Source: Chiloscyllium plagiosum
Taxonomy: Eukaryota
Length of the DNA stretch: 20,000 bases
Assembly: GCF_004010195.1 (NCBI RefSeq)
Contig: NC_057750.1
Location: 17,358,225-17,378,224, forward strand
Direction: 5' to 3'
Each line of letters starts with the position of its first letter. The first letter of the stretch is position 1. Shown here piece by piece: positions 10,389 through 20,000 of this stretch. A program made the translations under genes and the position numbers. The notes under the pieces are model-generated. The model was not told the origin of the DNA and did no database searches. It saw only the letters and a program-made list of their open reading frames with translations.

Positions 10389-10862
10389 GCTGCTTCTCCA
10401 GAAGAAGCCTCCCTTCTGCCAGAGACACCCATCCCATTCTCCACTGCAGCATCTGAAAGGTCCTGGAGGGGCAAGTCCCCTGTGCTGTGATAGGAAACCA
10501 CAAGGTTCAATATTATTCTGTACATTTAAATTTATTTTATAATTTCGCAGTGTTGCGGATTTTTCCAGTTGTGCAAGGTGTATATTTCAGTGTCAACGTG
10601 TGTAATTGCCTGCCCAAAGTGAACTAAGTGTATTGTTTTGTTTCTAATCTCTGTGCTGATTGGTTCTTTTTATGAATGAATTGTTCTCTGTAATCACATG
10701 ACAACGTGAGCATGAGCCAAGCTCAGTGTGTGCAGCTGAATATGCCAATAAACGTACAGCAGATTCCTCGACCCTCCTTAAATTATCACCCCAGTGCAGT
10801 AAAGGGACAGAGCTCCTCTGAAACTGGGGCTGAGGCAGAGAACACAGGCCGCCAGAAATAAA
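10389..10862 (+). other. 3' UTR of the SNAP-25-like gene (minimum extent; may run to about 11450 or 12200)
   Basis: Follows the stop codon, AT-rich and repeat-poor. AATAAA at 10747-10752 and 10857-10862; ATTAAA at 11437 and 11445. Confidence 0.55.
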
Positions 10863-12620
10863 GAGGAGGACTAAGGACTGACAAAGAGCACAATTGATGA
10901 TGCGGAACTTTGCTGTGAGTCCTTTGCACAGAGCAGTGTGCGCCAAGGAGTGGAAACGTCCAGCTTTTGTCTTGTCGCCCTCGGGGCAGCTGAGAATTTG
11001 CTCTTGTTTATTCTTGGCTCAGTATGCTCCAGTAGCTTTTACTTCATTCTGTATGGAAATCAACTTGATGCTCGGAATTAGAGTATGGAGCTGAGATCAA
11101 AAGGGTCTTGAACAGAACTGAGCTTGCCTTGTTCATTGTAAAGAGACAGCCTTCACCCTTTATCCTTTCAGAGACTTAGGAACTGCATTTATGATTATGT
11201 GCGTGTTTAGTGCATTAACAGTCTTTTTATAAAGTTGCAACTGCTGAATGTCTGATATAAAAGCAGAAAGTTTAAGGTTTGCAATCATTGTTTGAAAAGT
11301 AAATAACAATCACCATGTGAGGTCAGACCCTTCTTTCGGAGGTAGAGTTAACCTGTCTTTTCTCTTCCAATTATTGCCTTGCTTTTGAGATACAAGGTAA
11401 CATTCAGGGCTTTGCTGTACAGGCACAACAGAAATCATTAAAACATTAAAAAAAATTGAAAGAACTGCTCATTTATTTTTGCTGTTATATGGAGCAAGAA
11501 AATCAAAAACAATGTGTTCCAGACCAGTTGGTCAGTGCAGCCCCAGGTCACATTGTTAAAACCTCCAATTTGAAACTCCAAATGCAATATCCAGTCTGAA
11601 GTTTTTTGCAATGAAAACTGACGTTACTGTTAGTGGTCCTATTTTATCTTCAGGCAGCAATGTTGTTTATGTTAGTAAATTTAACTTGTAGCATTGTTAT
11701 ATGCTGAGATTTTGACATCTTGTGACACAGCTGCATATTCTTAAGTGTGGCACCTTTCATATCAGACAGTTAAAAGGGGGCCTTTGGCTCATTATGTCTG
11801 TGCTGGCCTTTTTGGGGATTTCACTGTTAGGTGCACTCCCCTGCTTTTTGCCCACAGCTTCCTTTTTCATTTTGTCCTTTTCAAGTATTTATCGAACGCC
11901 ACTTTGGGAAGTTTCAATCACTTGGACTGCCCTCTCAAGATGTCACCGTGTTACTCTGGTTATTTGGATGTACAGAACTGAGTATTCTGGAAATATAACA
12001 ACATTTATCAAAGCTTGCATTCACCAGGTCAATTTGCAAGAAATGCTAATGTAGTGGGAAAACCACATTGATACTGCACGTACAGTGTGACAGTGTAACA
12101 TTGCTATTTTTGCATGTATTCCTGATGAATGCGAGTTGAAAATCTGCAAAAAAAGTCTTTTTTCAGCAATGAACAAGTCTTTAAAAAAAAATCTCCATCT
12201 ACTCTCATTCTTCTGCCATCTCTTCAACTCCTCCTCTACACAAATGTTTTAAACCTGTGCCCTGTGGTAACATAATTTCTCACCAGTGGCACCAGTTTAA
12301 TTCTTCATCTTTCTGGTTGAAAGGTAACCTGAATTTATTCTCCTTTCGAGAGCATTCAGTTCCAGTGATGCTTGTGGCTAAGTAAGGCGTCAAATGATCT
12401 GGAATCTTAAAGGGCTGACTACACAGACTGACTGGGCATTTCCACATCAGAGTGATGCACACTGCTCTAGCTTTTTGTACCTAGTTCCATCTTAAATGAA
12501 ACATTCTAGAAACTCTCAGCAGCAGCATCGTTCCCTCAAGGCCACAGCCCTTAGGATGTTCTGTGCAGTTTGACTGGCGCATTTGGCATATTAGCCTTGG
12601 AGCTGCACCCAGTGGAAGAA

Positions 12621-12800
12621 CTGGAACAGGGAACATTGCTCAGTAGGTCAGGCAGCGTCTGTGCAGAGAAACTGAGTTCGTGGTTCCAACCTTTGTTCAG
12701 AACTGATGGAAAGCTATCAGTTCCTGGATGCTGCTGAACCTGCTGAGTGTTTCCAGCGTTTTCATTTCCATTTCAGATTTTCCAACGTCTGCAGTGGATT
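12621..12800. mobile_element. Degenerate foldback Penelope-related element
   Basis: Left arm CTCAGTAGGTCAGGCAGCGTC and right arm GATGCTGCTGAACCTGCTGAG are imperfect reverse complements, followed by the TTTCAGATTTTCCAACGTCTGCAG tail. Confidence 0.7.
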
Positions 12801-13559
12801 CCTTTGGAATGATGTGGACTTTGCACTCATGCCTTGTCATGGATTCTTTCCCCAAGCTCATTTTTCCTAAGTTCACTTCGCAGGATGGGTCTGGGTTTCT
12901 CCTGCTCTTAAAAAAAAAACCCAGCAAGAGATCAGATGTCCCTAAGCAGGCAGGCAGCAGGATTTGTGATTCAGGAGCTGGATGAATCAGCACACACACA
13001 AAAAAAACCAGCACAATTTAAACAAAAACTCCAAATGGAGAGTCCAGCAAGGAAATGGAACTAGAGGCAGGGACACAGAGGGTCAAATGAAACTGAATGC
13101 TCCCCAGTGTTACAAAGAACAACACTGGGGGCCACAAGTACATATTGGGGGCTTAAACTTACTTTACATAATTATAAATATAGCAAATAATTCCATAAAC
13201 TATGACCAATGTGAAGTGGGGAGTTTTAATTCCTGGCTGCACACAATAGGATGAAGCTGCTTCACCATCACATGTTGAGGCTCTTAATTTACTTTAAACA
13301 GGGGAGTGGGGGGATGCTGTCTGTTTAAATGCTCGTTAACTTGTCGGCTCACTGTTCCTGTGGTTCCCTGATGGTTTTCTGCACCAATGAAAGTAGCACA
13401 AATGTCTCTCTGCAAATGTCATCACGGCCTGACCCAACCCCAACCCCAACCGGCCTTGCAAGAGATCTGCATGCGGCCCGTGTGGAAATACAAACCGCCC
13501 CCTTTTTCCCTGCTCCGCCAGCCGGGGGTGGGGGTGGAGCTTGTGGTGCCGATGGTTTG

Positions 13560-13615
13560 TTACCACTCGCCCAGCTCCGAGATCTGTTCTTCCTTCGCCA
13601 GTTTAAACGATGCAT
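13560..13615 (-). CDS. Unknown minus-strand gene, putative last coding exon
   Basis: Acceptor gttagcag|AT (NAGNAG, alternative start 13618), phase 1 matching the exon at 14160-14283. Translates (D)ASFKLAKEEQISELGEW*. The pyrimidine tract is weak. Confidence 0.5.
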
Positions 13616-13643
13616 CTGCTAACAGTGCATGGCAGTGTTTGAA

Positions 13644-13720
13644 CCCACCCCCCCCAGCCCCAGAATGACACCCCCACCCCTCCCCAGCCCCAGAATGACA
13701 CCCCCACCCCTCCCCAGCCC
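13644..13720 (+). repeat. 30-bp C-rich tandem repeat, about 2.5 copies
   Basis: CCCCAGCCCCAGAATGACACCCCCACCCCT repeated. Confidence 0.9.
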
Positions 13721-14159
13721 AGTTTCTGCTTGTGTTCTGCACCGATAGCGGGTGGGCTCTACAACCCGAAAGCGAAGGGCCAGCCCCCCCGCCTGATCAA
13801 GACCGTTTGTGTTGAACATCTTTTCCTCGCTGTTTCGTGGCTCAGATTGGTGTGGCCGTCTGTCTGTCTGAAGGTTTGATGGATTTCTTTGTATTGGGTC
13901 TCACCCCCCAGCGGCTGGAGATTCTTTTTTCCCTACAAGTCGTTTATGGGATGTGCATTTTGTCACCTGTCTCGAATTTGACTCTCAGAAGGTGGTGATG
14001 GTGGGGGAGAGGGGGGAGTGGGATGAGCTATCTCCCTGAATCACATTGGGGTAGCTGCACTTGCAATGCCAACAGGGGAAAGCCAGCAGCAACAACTGGA
14101 TGACAATAAACATCTGACCCAGTCAGGCCCATGTGGCAAATTTATACCCCCGCACCCAC

Positions 14160-14283
14160 CTCTTGCCTCTGAAGGAACTGCACTTGAAGGAGGATCAAGT
14201 CTGAGCCAGATCTTTCTTGTCCATTTTGCATCCCAACGTGCACTCAGACGCTCAGAAACAAACCCTGACTCATTTAATGACAC
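14160..14283 (-). CDS. Unknown minus-strand gene, internal exon (124 bp)
   Basis: Acceptor attttttcccag|GTG and donor GAG|gtgggt. Only one frame is open: VSLNESGFVSERLSARWDAKWTRKIWLRLDPPSSAVPSEAR. Confidence 0.75.
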
Positions 14284-14490
14284 CTGGGAAAAAATCTATT
14301 GCTCTATGATTCCTGTTCCATATTTAAATTTATCGACATGAAACAATCAATGACATTTGGGCTTTGTGAGATTCACCTTGATAGAGCTACGTCTCCAGTC
14401 TAATATCTACAGGTGGACGGAGCCCTGGCATGGTTTCAGTGCTCAAAACCAGACTCGACATCTGCAATAAATGACAGGAAAGTGGGAAGG

Positions 14491-14746
14491 TTAGAATCCC
14501 TACAGTGTGGCTAGAGGCCATTGGGTCTGCACCAGCCCTCCAAAGAGAGTCCCACCCAATCCCCACAACCCGGCATTTACCATGGCTGGGCACTATGGGG
14601 TAATTTTCCATGGCCCATCCACCTAGTCTGCACCTCTTTGGACTGTGGGAGGAAACCCACACAGACATGGGGAGAATGTACAAGCCCCACACAGGCTGGA
14701 ATCAAACCTGGCGATGTGAGGCAGCAGTGCTAACCACTGTGCCACC
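14491..14746 (-). mobile_element. HE1-type SINE, degenerate
   Basis: TTAGAATCCCTACAGTGTGG tail, TTTGGACTGTGGGAGGAAACC core, and GCAGCAGTGCTAACCACTGTGCCACC head (reverse). Confidence 0.88.
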
Positions 14747-15013
14747 CTTGATACACATCTTTTTTTTTCAAAAGATTGGTGCTTTGTTTAGTCCTGGGCG
14801 GCCATCATGTTCCTGCTTTCCAGGAGATCCCCAGAAGAATTCCCACTCGCAAAAAAACCATCCCCAACTAAACAGCCAAAGGATTAATGAGTTCCGATTG
14901 GTGGGAGGGGGTGTCAATCTCCTAGTTTTGACAAGTAGAAAGGCTGGATTCCCTGAGATGTTTGAAGCTTCCCAGGGATTGCTCTGAGTTGTCACATTCT
15001 GCCATCCCATAAC

Positions 15014-15127
15014 CACCACAATCCGGTTCAGGAGAGAAAATTGGTCAGACCCCAGAATGCATGTGTCACCGGGGAGGTTGAGAGGGCTGGTAACTGGATA
15101 AATGAATGGAGTGTATTCCACCATCTT
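15014..15127 (-). CDS. Unknown minus-strand gene, internal exon (114 bp; donor may be at 15017)
   Basis: Acceptor ctctgcccttcag|AAG, phase 0 to 0. Translates KMVEYTPFIYPVTSPLNLPGDTCILGSDQFSLLNRIVV. The donor GTG|gttatg is weak. Confidence 0.55.
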
Positions 15128-15519
15128 CTGAAGGGCAGAGACCCTGTGATGTTTGGAAATGCATGAGCAGGTGGTACGGGAACTCCAGTATGAAGGGACA
15201 ACTCAGACCAGGATGTGCCAGTCGCTAATTTTACTGTTTCTGTCTGGATTGGATGCTGTGGCTGTGGCGGGGGGGGGGTTTTGGGCTTTGACTTGAATTA
15301 GAAAATGTGGTCACCCGAATGTAGTCACTGCACACCCCAGCCCCCTCCTTTTGGAATCGAATGGGCCTACTGCTAATTTCCTTCAGTCCACGCTATGCGC
15401 AACCTCTAAGGGCTTCTCCCACAGCAGGACAGCTGTGTTATTGCAATCAGGGAATTGTTTGGGGGGGGGGGTGATTTACTTTTGGAGATAGTCAGAGGAA
15501 ACCTGATGGTCCTGTGTAC

Positions 15520-15700
15520 CTGATATGGTGCCAGCCGAATGGTCCCAATGACCCCAGTAAAATCCACCTTTAAATTGAGTTCCTTTAAGATTTGATATGG
15601 TTCGTGTGAAATAATTACCTTGGTTGTAAAGATGAGTCCAAAAATGAGGGTCACATTCCAACGGTGGAAAAATGGATGAGCACAGTTGGAAAGCCAGCGG
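15520..15700 (-). CDS. Unknown minus-strand gene, internal exon (181 bp)
   Basis: Acceptor aaatctttcag|C and donor CAG|gtacac, phase 2 to 0. Translates RWLSNCAHPFFHRWNVTLIFGLIFTTKVIISHEPYQILKELNLKVDFTGVIGTIRLAPYQ. Confidence 0.72.
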
Positions 15701-15880
15701 CTGAAAGATTTGGAATGGTCTTGCTTTTAAGATGTTGCAATATAAGTGATTAAGTCTGGGTGATGCATGCATGGTAGCCATTTTATATTGGCCAAGCCAC
15801 TTGACAGGTTACTTCCACAACAGAAGTTTAATCTGCGTTTTGATTGAAACAATTCCTTTTTATGTATCTTCTCTCCTAAC

Positions 15881-16187
15881 CCACTGGGATCTGGAATTGA
15901 TTCCCATCCAATGGGAGAGTGCTTCCTGATCACATGACCCAGGCTGCCATGGCACCTTTTATTGTCATTTGCTAATGGAGGTGTTTTGCTGGTGGCTGTG
16001 GGAGCAGTTGTGTTTCTTGGGGAATGATCAAGAGCCCGGAATGTAATTCCGTTTATGAATTTGAATCCAGTGCCTCTAAGTAACTGGAATCCATGCCCTG
16101 CAGGTTCCTCGATGTCGTCCTGGGGAGGAAGCCTGTCATTTGTTCCCAAACCTGGTGCCTCCTGGGACATTGACAGTCCCAGTGTTA
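15881..16187 (-). CDS. Unknown minus-strand gene, internal exon (alternative donor at 15956); contains Met at 16170
   Basis: Acceptor gtcctgttcacag|TA. Translates TLGLSMSQEAPG...GHGFQLLRGTGFKFINGITFRALD...WESIPDPS. Both candidate donors (GG|gttagg, AG|gtgcca) are phase 2, matching the next exon. Confidence 0.68.
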
Positions 16188-16718
16188 CTGTGAACAGGAC
16201 ACATAGGGATGGACAACAATTGCTGCCCTTGTCAGAAATTCCCTAGAATGACTTATTTTTTAAAAAACTGGATGCTACCAAACCCATCCCCCCCCATCCT
16301 ATCATTTGTTTTTTCACTACATTCCCTTAGCAATTCCAGAAATGAAAGAGTTCTGTCTCTTTCTGATACTTTTGGTTACGTTTTGATCTCAGATTCTCAA
16401 TCCTTTCGCTCTGCCTTCCAGTCCTTAATATAGTTCCCTACTCCCTCCCTGGGATTACAGGATAGTCTCCACAAATTGATTTCTCTGATCTAGCAGTCCA
16501 AAAATTCGGTTTCGGTCATGCTCAGTCAACGTTTGTTCGGCTTACTTGATCTCTTAGAACTGTGTCCAGCAACAGCCTGTGACTGCGATATCAAGGGACT
16601 ATTTATTTGAGGACTGTTTTGGCCTCTCTGTTCCCATGGCTCTCCAATTTGGAACAACAACAATGCTGATTGATTTCCGAGCCTCTCAGTGTCCCTGTCC
16701 CAGTGGCCGGTGCTGTAC

Positions 16719-16860
16719 CTGGGTGTATCACTCAGCCTGTGCTCTGGATGGTCCTGTTAGCCACATGCTGAGCTACAAGTGGCTGAACCCCAAAGATGTT
16801 ACTGTCCATGGTTAGGCCATTGGCCAACGATACAGGAAATGCAGATGGATGAAGAAGGTG
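16719..16860 (-). pseudogene. Upstream exon (142 bp) of the minus-strand gene with an in-frame TGA
   Basis: Strong acceptor ttgttttctttctctctcatag|CAC and donor CAG|gtacag, phase 0 to 1 as required. Translates HLLHPSAFPVSLANGLTMDSNIFGVQPLVAQHVANRTIQSTG*VIHP, with TGA at 16734-16732. Confidence 0.62.
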
Positions 16861-17037
16861 CTATGAGAGAGAAAGAAAACAAATCAAGAAAGGTCAGTGT
16901 CAGTCAGGGGAGGGGGGGTGGGGGACGGGAATGGGATCTGTCAGGATTCTCTGCTGTGGTGATTGGAGTCTGAGATTTCATGTAAATTTGTTTGTAATTG
17001 TCAGAAGCTGTACCATCTGAGCCAAAATAAAAGAAAC

Positions 17038-17253
17038 CTTTCGGTACTGCAAAGTGCTGTCGCTGTTTACTGATTGACTGAGCGCACCGCTGGGCGGAGG
17101 GTTCCTTCTGTTCTCTGTCTGACGACAGGCCACAGCATCACGTCCTCCGCCACTAGGGGAGGGGGGAAGCGAGTGAGCCGAACGTGAATCTGCTGAAATT
17201 GGGATCGTTCCTTGTGCTGTTTGCACCAATCTGATCCACACCAGCCGGTCAGA
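17038..17253 (-). pseudogene. Upstream exon of the minus-strand gene (open frame; alternative donor at 17014)
   Basis: Acceptor gtgtcgttag|TCT. Translates SDRLVWIRLVQTAQGTIPISADSRS...STLQYRK. Both donors (AAG|gtttct, ATG|gtacag) are phase 0. Confidence 0.5.
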
Positions 17254-17340
17254 CTAACGACACGATCACCTTGACCATCCCCAGCCAACCTCAGAATCAG
17301 AGCCGTTGTAGCAGTGTGCACTTCTCCATGGTTGTTTCAG

Positions 17341-17635
17341 CAGCACGGTGGCTCAGTGGTTAGCACTGCTGCCCCACCAACTCTCAGGCTCATGTCATTC
17401 AGGAGTTTCCACATCCTCCCCGTGTCTGGATGGGTTTCCTCTGGTTTCCTCCCACAGTCCAAATTAGATGGATAGGCCGTGCTAAATTGCCCATAGTGTC
17501 CCGGGATGTGCCGGGTGGGCTTGCCACGGGAAATGCAGGGTTACAGGGATAGAGGCTGGGACTGGATGGGATGCTCTTTGGAGGGTCAGTGTGGCCTCGA
17601 CAGGCCGAATGGCCTGCTTCCACACTGTAGGGTTC
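17341..17635 (+). mobile_element. HE1-type SINE, degenerate
   Basis: CAGCACGGTGGCTCAGTGGTTAGCACTGCTGCC head, GGTTTCCTCCCACAGTCCAAA core, and GGCCTGCTTCCACACTGTAGGG tail. Confidence 0.88.
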
Positions 17636-18012
17636 GGTGTAGCCTGGAGCTCCAGATAGTGATGGGAGAGGCTCCACTGTCAGTGGCATCTGTGGAGGTG
17701 GGAGCAGGGCACTGATGGAGGAAGTTGAAAGTGTAGGGTGGAGACGTGCAGAAGCTTCAGAGGGATTGTAGGATACCGGAGGAGGGGCGGGGTGGGGGCG
17801 GGCGGTTACTGAAAGTAACCGTCACCACGGGGAGGGGGGATGTGTAGAGTACCAGGGTGGGCCATCATTAAAGTTTACTGTCGGGGATCGAGGGCCCTGA
17901 GATCATTTGGAGGCAAAATTCAACTTGGGGGTCTCCACAAGGGGATGGTTGGAAATGGACTGTTGGGACAATATGGGGTAAAAGGGGACATTGAGACTTT
18001 GGGGAGTTGTAC

Positions 18013-18897
18013 CTGGTGATCAGATGGAGTCCAGTAATGGATAGTGCTCACCATGAGCTGTTCCATGCCATCACTTTCCATTCTAACTACAACTGGAAAA
18101 TGGCTGGGAGAAGGTCCAGGGTGGGCAGAATCAGTGTCCATTGGATGGACAAAAGTGTGGGATCCCTGTTTGCTGGACGCTCGGACATTGAAGGGTCACA
18201 AACATGAAGCCGGTGTTTGCCAACTCCGGCGAAGTTTCACTTGCAAACATTTTATCAGCCACTTGCAAGGTAGGAGCATCAAATGGTGGTCAGAGACCAA
18301 TTGCACCAACTAACACCATCATCTCAGTGAGGCAGGGATTAGCAGCAACGAGATTGGAAGAGGTGAAAGCTGGAGACAAGTATCCCATCAATTGTGGGAC
18401 TTCCCAGGAACAGTGGGCTGAGAGGCACTGCATCTTAGTCATGTAGGTACGATGTTGGGACTCTATTCAATGCAATGGGAAGTGGAATGGTTGATGTTGG
18501 TCTGGGATGGAGGACGGTTGGAGCACAATGGGCACTCTTCTTCAATAACACTTTGGTTACAGCTGGATGTCACCAAGTTGGTAACCATGCTGTGACCAGG
18601 CCGTAGTGGAGCAGACAGTGGACAGCTGATCAAATCAGCTGCTCGGACCAGTCTGAGGAGAAAGGGGCTCCAATAGAATTCAGGCCGAATCTACTGCATC
18701 ACCTTGGCATGGAGCAGACAGCAAGGCAATGTGATGGGTGTTGAGGAACTGAGGGACTGGACCAGTCGTCCAAGGAGGACACTGGGGAGGAGCAGGAAGC
18801 TCTCCCCCTGTCCAGGACAACGCTCAGACTGGAACTGACTGACACCCAGGTCAGGTGGAGCTAGGTGCACTGAGCCATCCTGGACTGGCAAGGTCAT
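18013..18897 (-). pseudogene. Putative large disrupted 5' exon of the minus-strand gene
   Basis: Donor CAG|gtacaa is phase 0. The frame can be threaded from ATG 18897 through TAG (18693), a frameshift near 18466, TGA (18292) and a frameshift near 18196 to ...PVVVRMESDGMEQLMVSTIHYWTPSDHQ. The reconstruction is tentative. Confidence 0.38.
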
Positions 18898-19099
18898 CGT
18901 GTTAGCAATTGCTTTGGACCATGCAGACAGAAATGTTTTCATTTTCATTTGTGATCCCTTTTGCTGGTTCTCAACAAAAGCTCTTTCTCTCTTTTTCTCT
19001 CTCGCTCACTTTCTCTCTCACTCTTTCTGTCTTGCTGAAAAAAATGACGAAAACCTCAGAAAGAAATTAAAAGAGTTCATGCAAGAAAAGCCCTACAGT

Positions 19100-19255
19100 C
19101 ACCCTCAGAGTGCTCAACCATCGAATTGAGTAAGTGCCAATCTGTCTCCAAGGACAGTCCTGCCAACCCCGATGTCAGCCGAGTAAACCTGCACTGCACT
19201 CCCGCTATGGAATGGATATCCTGTTTTAGGTGGGGAGACCGAACCTGTGTAATAA
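19100..19255 (-). mobile_element. Old CR1-like LINE fragment
   Basis: GTAAACCTGCACTGCACTCCC...ATATCCTGTTTTAGGTGGGGAGACCGAACCTGTGTA resembles the reverse of the CR1 ORF2 post-RT region (compare 3530-3595). Confidence 0.5.
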
Positions 19256-19371
19256 ACAGCGAATCATCAGAAAAAGGCTAACATAATGGTTTAACACATT
19301 GCAATCCCACCCTGCACCAAGCACTCAGCGTGGGAAAGCACGCTTCAGTTTGGGACATCATTTCACCATAG

Positions 19372-19579
19372 TCTTGCTAGACCATAGGGGCTGCTCTCTC
19401 ATTAGAGAGAGAAGTGGCCGGTGTTGATTTAATCGGAGGGCCACCAGACGTCAAGCAAGGGAAGAGATTGAGAAGGAGAGTTCTTCATGGTAACCTCAAA
19501 CCAGTGATGGGAATTGAGCCCACACTGTTGGCATCACACTGCTCTGTAAACAAACACTCCAGCCAACTGAGCTAAACCA
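19372..19579 (-). mobile_element. tRNA-derived SINE (non-HE1)
   Basis: Reverse strand has A-box GGTTTAGCTCAGTTGG and B-box-like GGGCTCAATTCCC, followed by a body ending GAGAGCAGCCCCTATGGTCTAG. Confidence 0.7.
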
Positions 19580-19822
19580 ATTCCCTTCAGGTTAGGTATT
19601 ATCGTAGAAAGGAATGGATACAGATTATCGTCACTTGGAAAGATTGGGATGGTTAGAAGGACGGTCACTCTAGTATGGTTGCCAACAGTGGTTGAGTATA
19701 TTCCTGGAAGTTTCACAATTTACCCTCCTGCCTCCAGCTGCCCTCTGCTCCACCCATGAGGAGTGTGGCTGTTTAGCGTCCAGCACCTCAATCCTCGTGG
19801 CTCCCCTTTCCCACCATGGCCC

Positions 19823-20000
19823 CTACCCCTCTCTGAGGATGAAAGATCAGTCCTCAGCAGAGGCCTCACCTTCATTCACCTACGCTCTCGGATTAATGAG
19901 TTCAACACACGGCGTGACATCGAATAATTCTTCCACCGCCTTCGCCTCCGTGCCTACTTCTTCAACCAAGACTCTTGCCCACCCTCTGACGACCCCTTCT
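19823..20000 (+). mobile_element. Penelope-like retroelement, N-terminal (pre-RT) coding region, runs off the window
   Basis: Translates LPLSEDERSVLSRGLTFIHLRSRINEFNTRRDIE*FFHRLRLRAYFFNQD, matching the PLE LSxxExxVLxxGLxF...FFRRLRL motif. TAA at 19925-19927. Confidence 0.85.

Noticed and set aside
15476..15781. Second open frame (PLAFQLCSS...GGFYWGHWDH) across the 181-bp exon, possible dual coding
   Set aside because: Its phases (0 to 1) do not fit the neighbouring exons I chose, and a second open frame over 181 nt is common by chance. Not strictly excluded without homologues.
16050..16100. GHGFQL resembling SLX4IP (a human SNAP25-region gene)
   Set aside because: Only a hexapeptide matches; the flanking sequence and the orientation relative to SNAP25 do not fit.
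16732..16734. In-frame TGA as selenocysteine or programmed readthrough
   Set aside because: There is no redox-type motif around it and I could not recognise a SECIS downstream of 13560. Other stops (including TAG) and frameshifts occur upstream, so a CGA-to-TGA nonsense change is simpler. SECISearch and the orthologous codon would settle it.

Overview
Vertebrate genomic DNA, almost certainly a cartilaginous fish (HE1-type and Deu-type SINEs, CR1/HER1 LINEs, Torpedo-like SNAP-25). It is not prokaryotic, and most ORFs in the supplied track are spurious. (1) Plus strand: the last two coding exons (7786-7930, 10329-10388) and 3' UTR of a SNAP-25-family Qbc-SNARE whose C-terminus diverges at regulatory and botulinum-toxin sites. 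(2) Minus strand, tail-to-tail with it: an unrecognised multi-exon gene (about 13560-18900) that I reconstructed by hand from phase-compatible GT-AG exons. Its five 3' exons give an intact ORF of about 230-254 aa. Its 5' exons carry in-frame stops and frameshifts, and the protein appears to contain a repeated domain. (3) Dense mobile DNA: an internally rearranged CR1 element, a SINE split four ways by nested insertions, a Gypsy-type solo LTR with a 4-bp TSD in the last SNAP intron, Penelope-related foldback elements with degenerate hammerhead-ribozyme cores, a 36-bp minisatellite derived from one of them, and the start of a Penelope-like RT ORF at the right edge.
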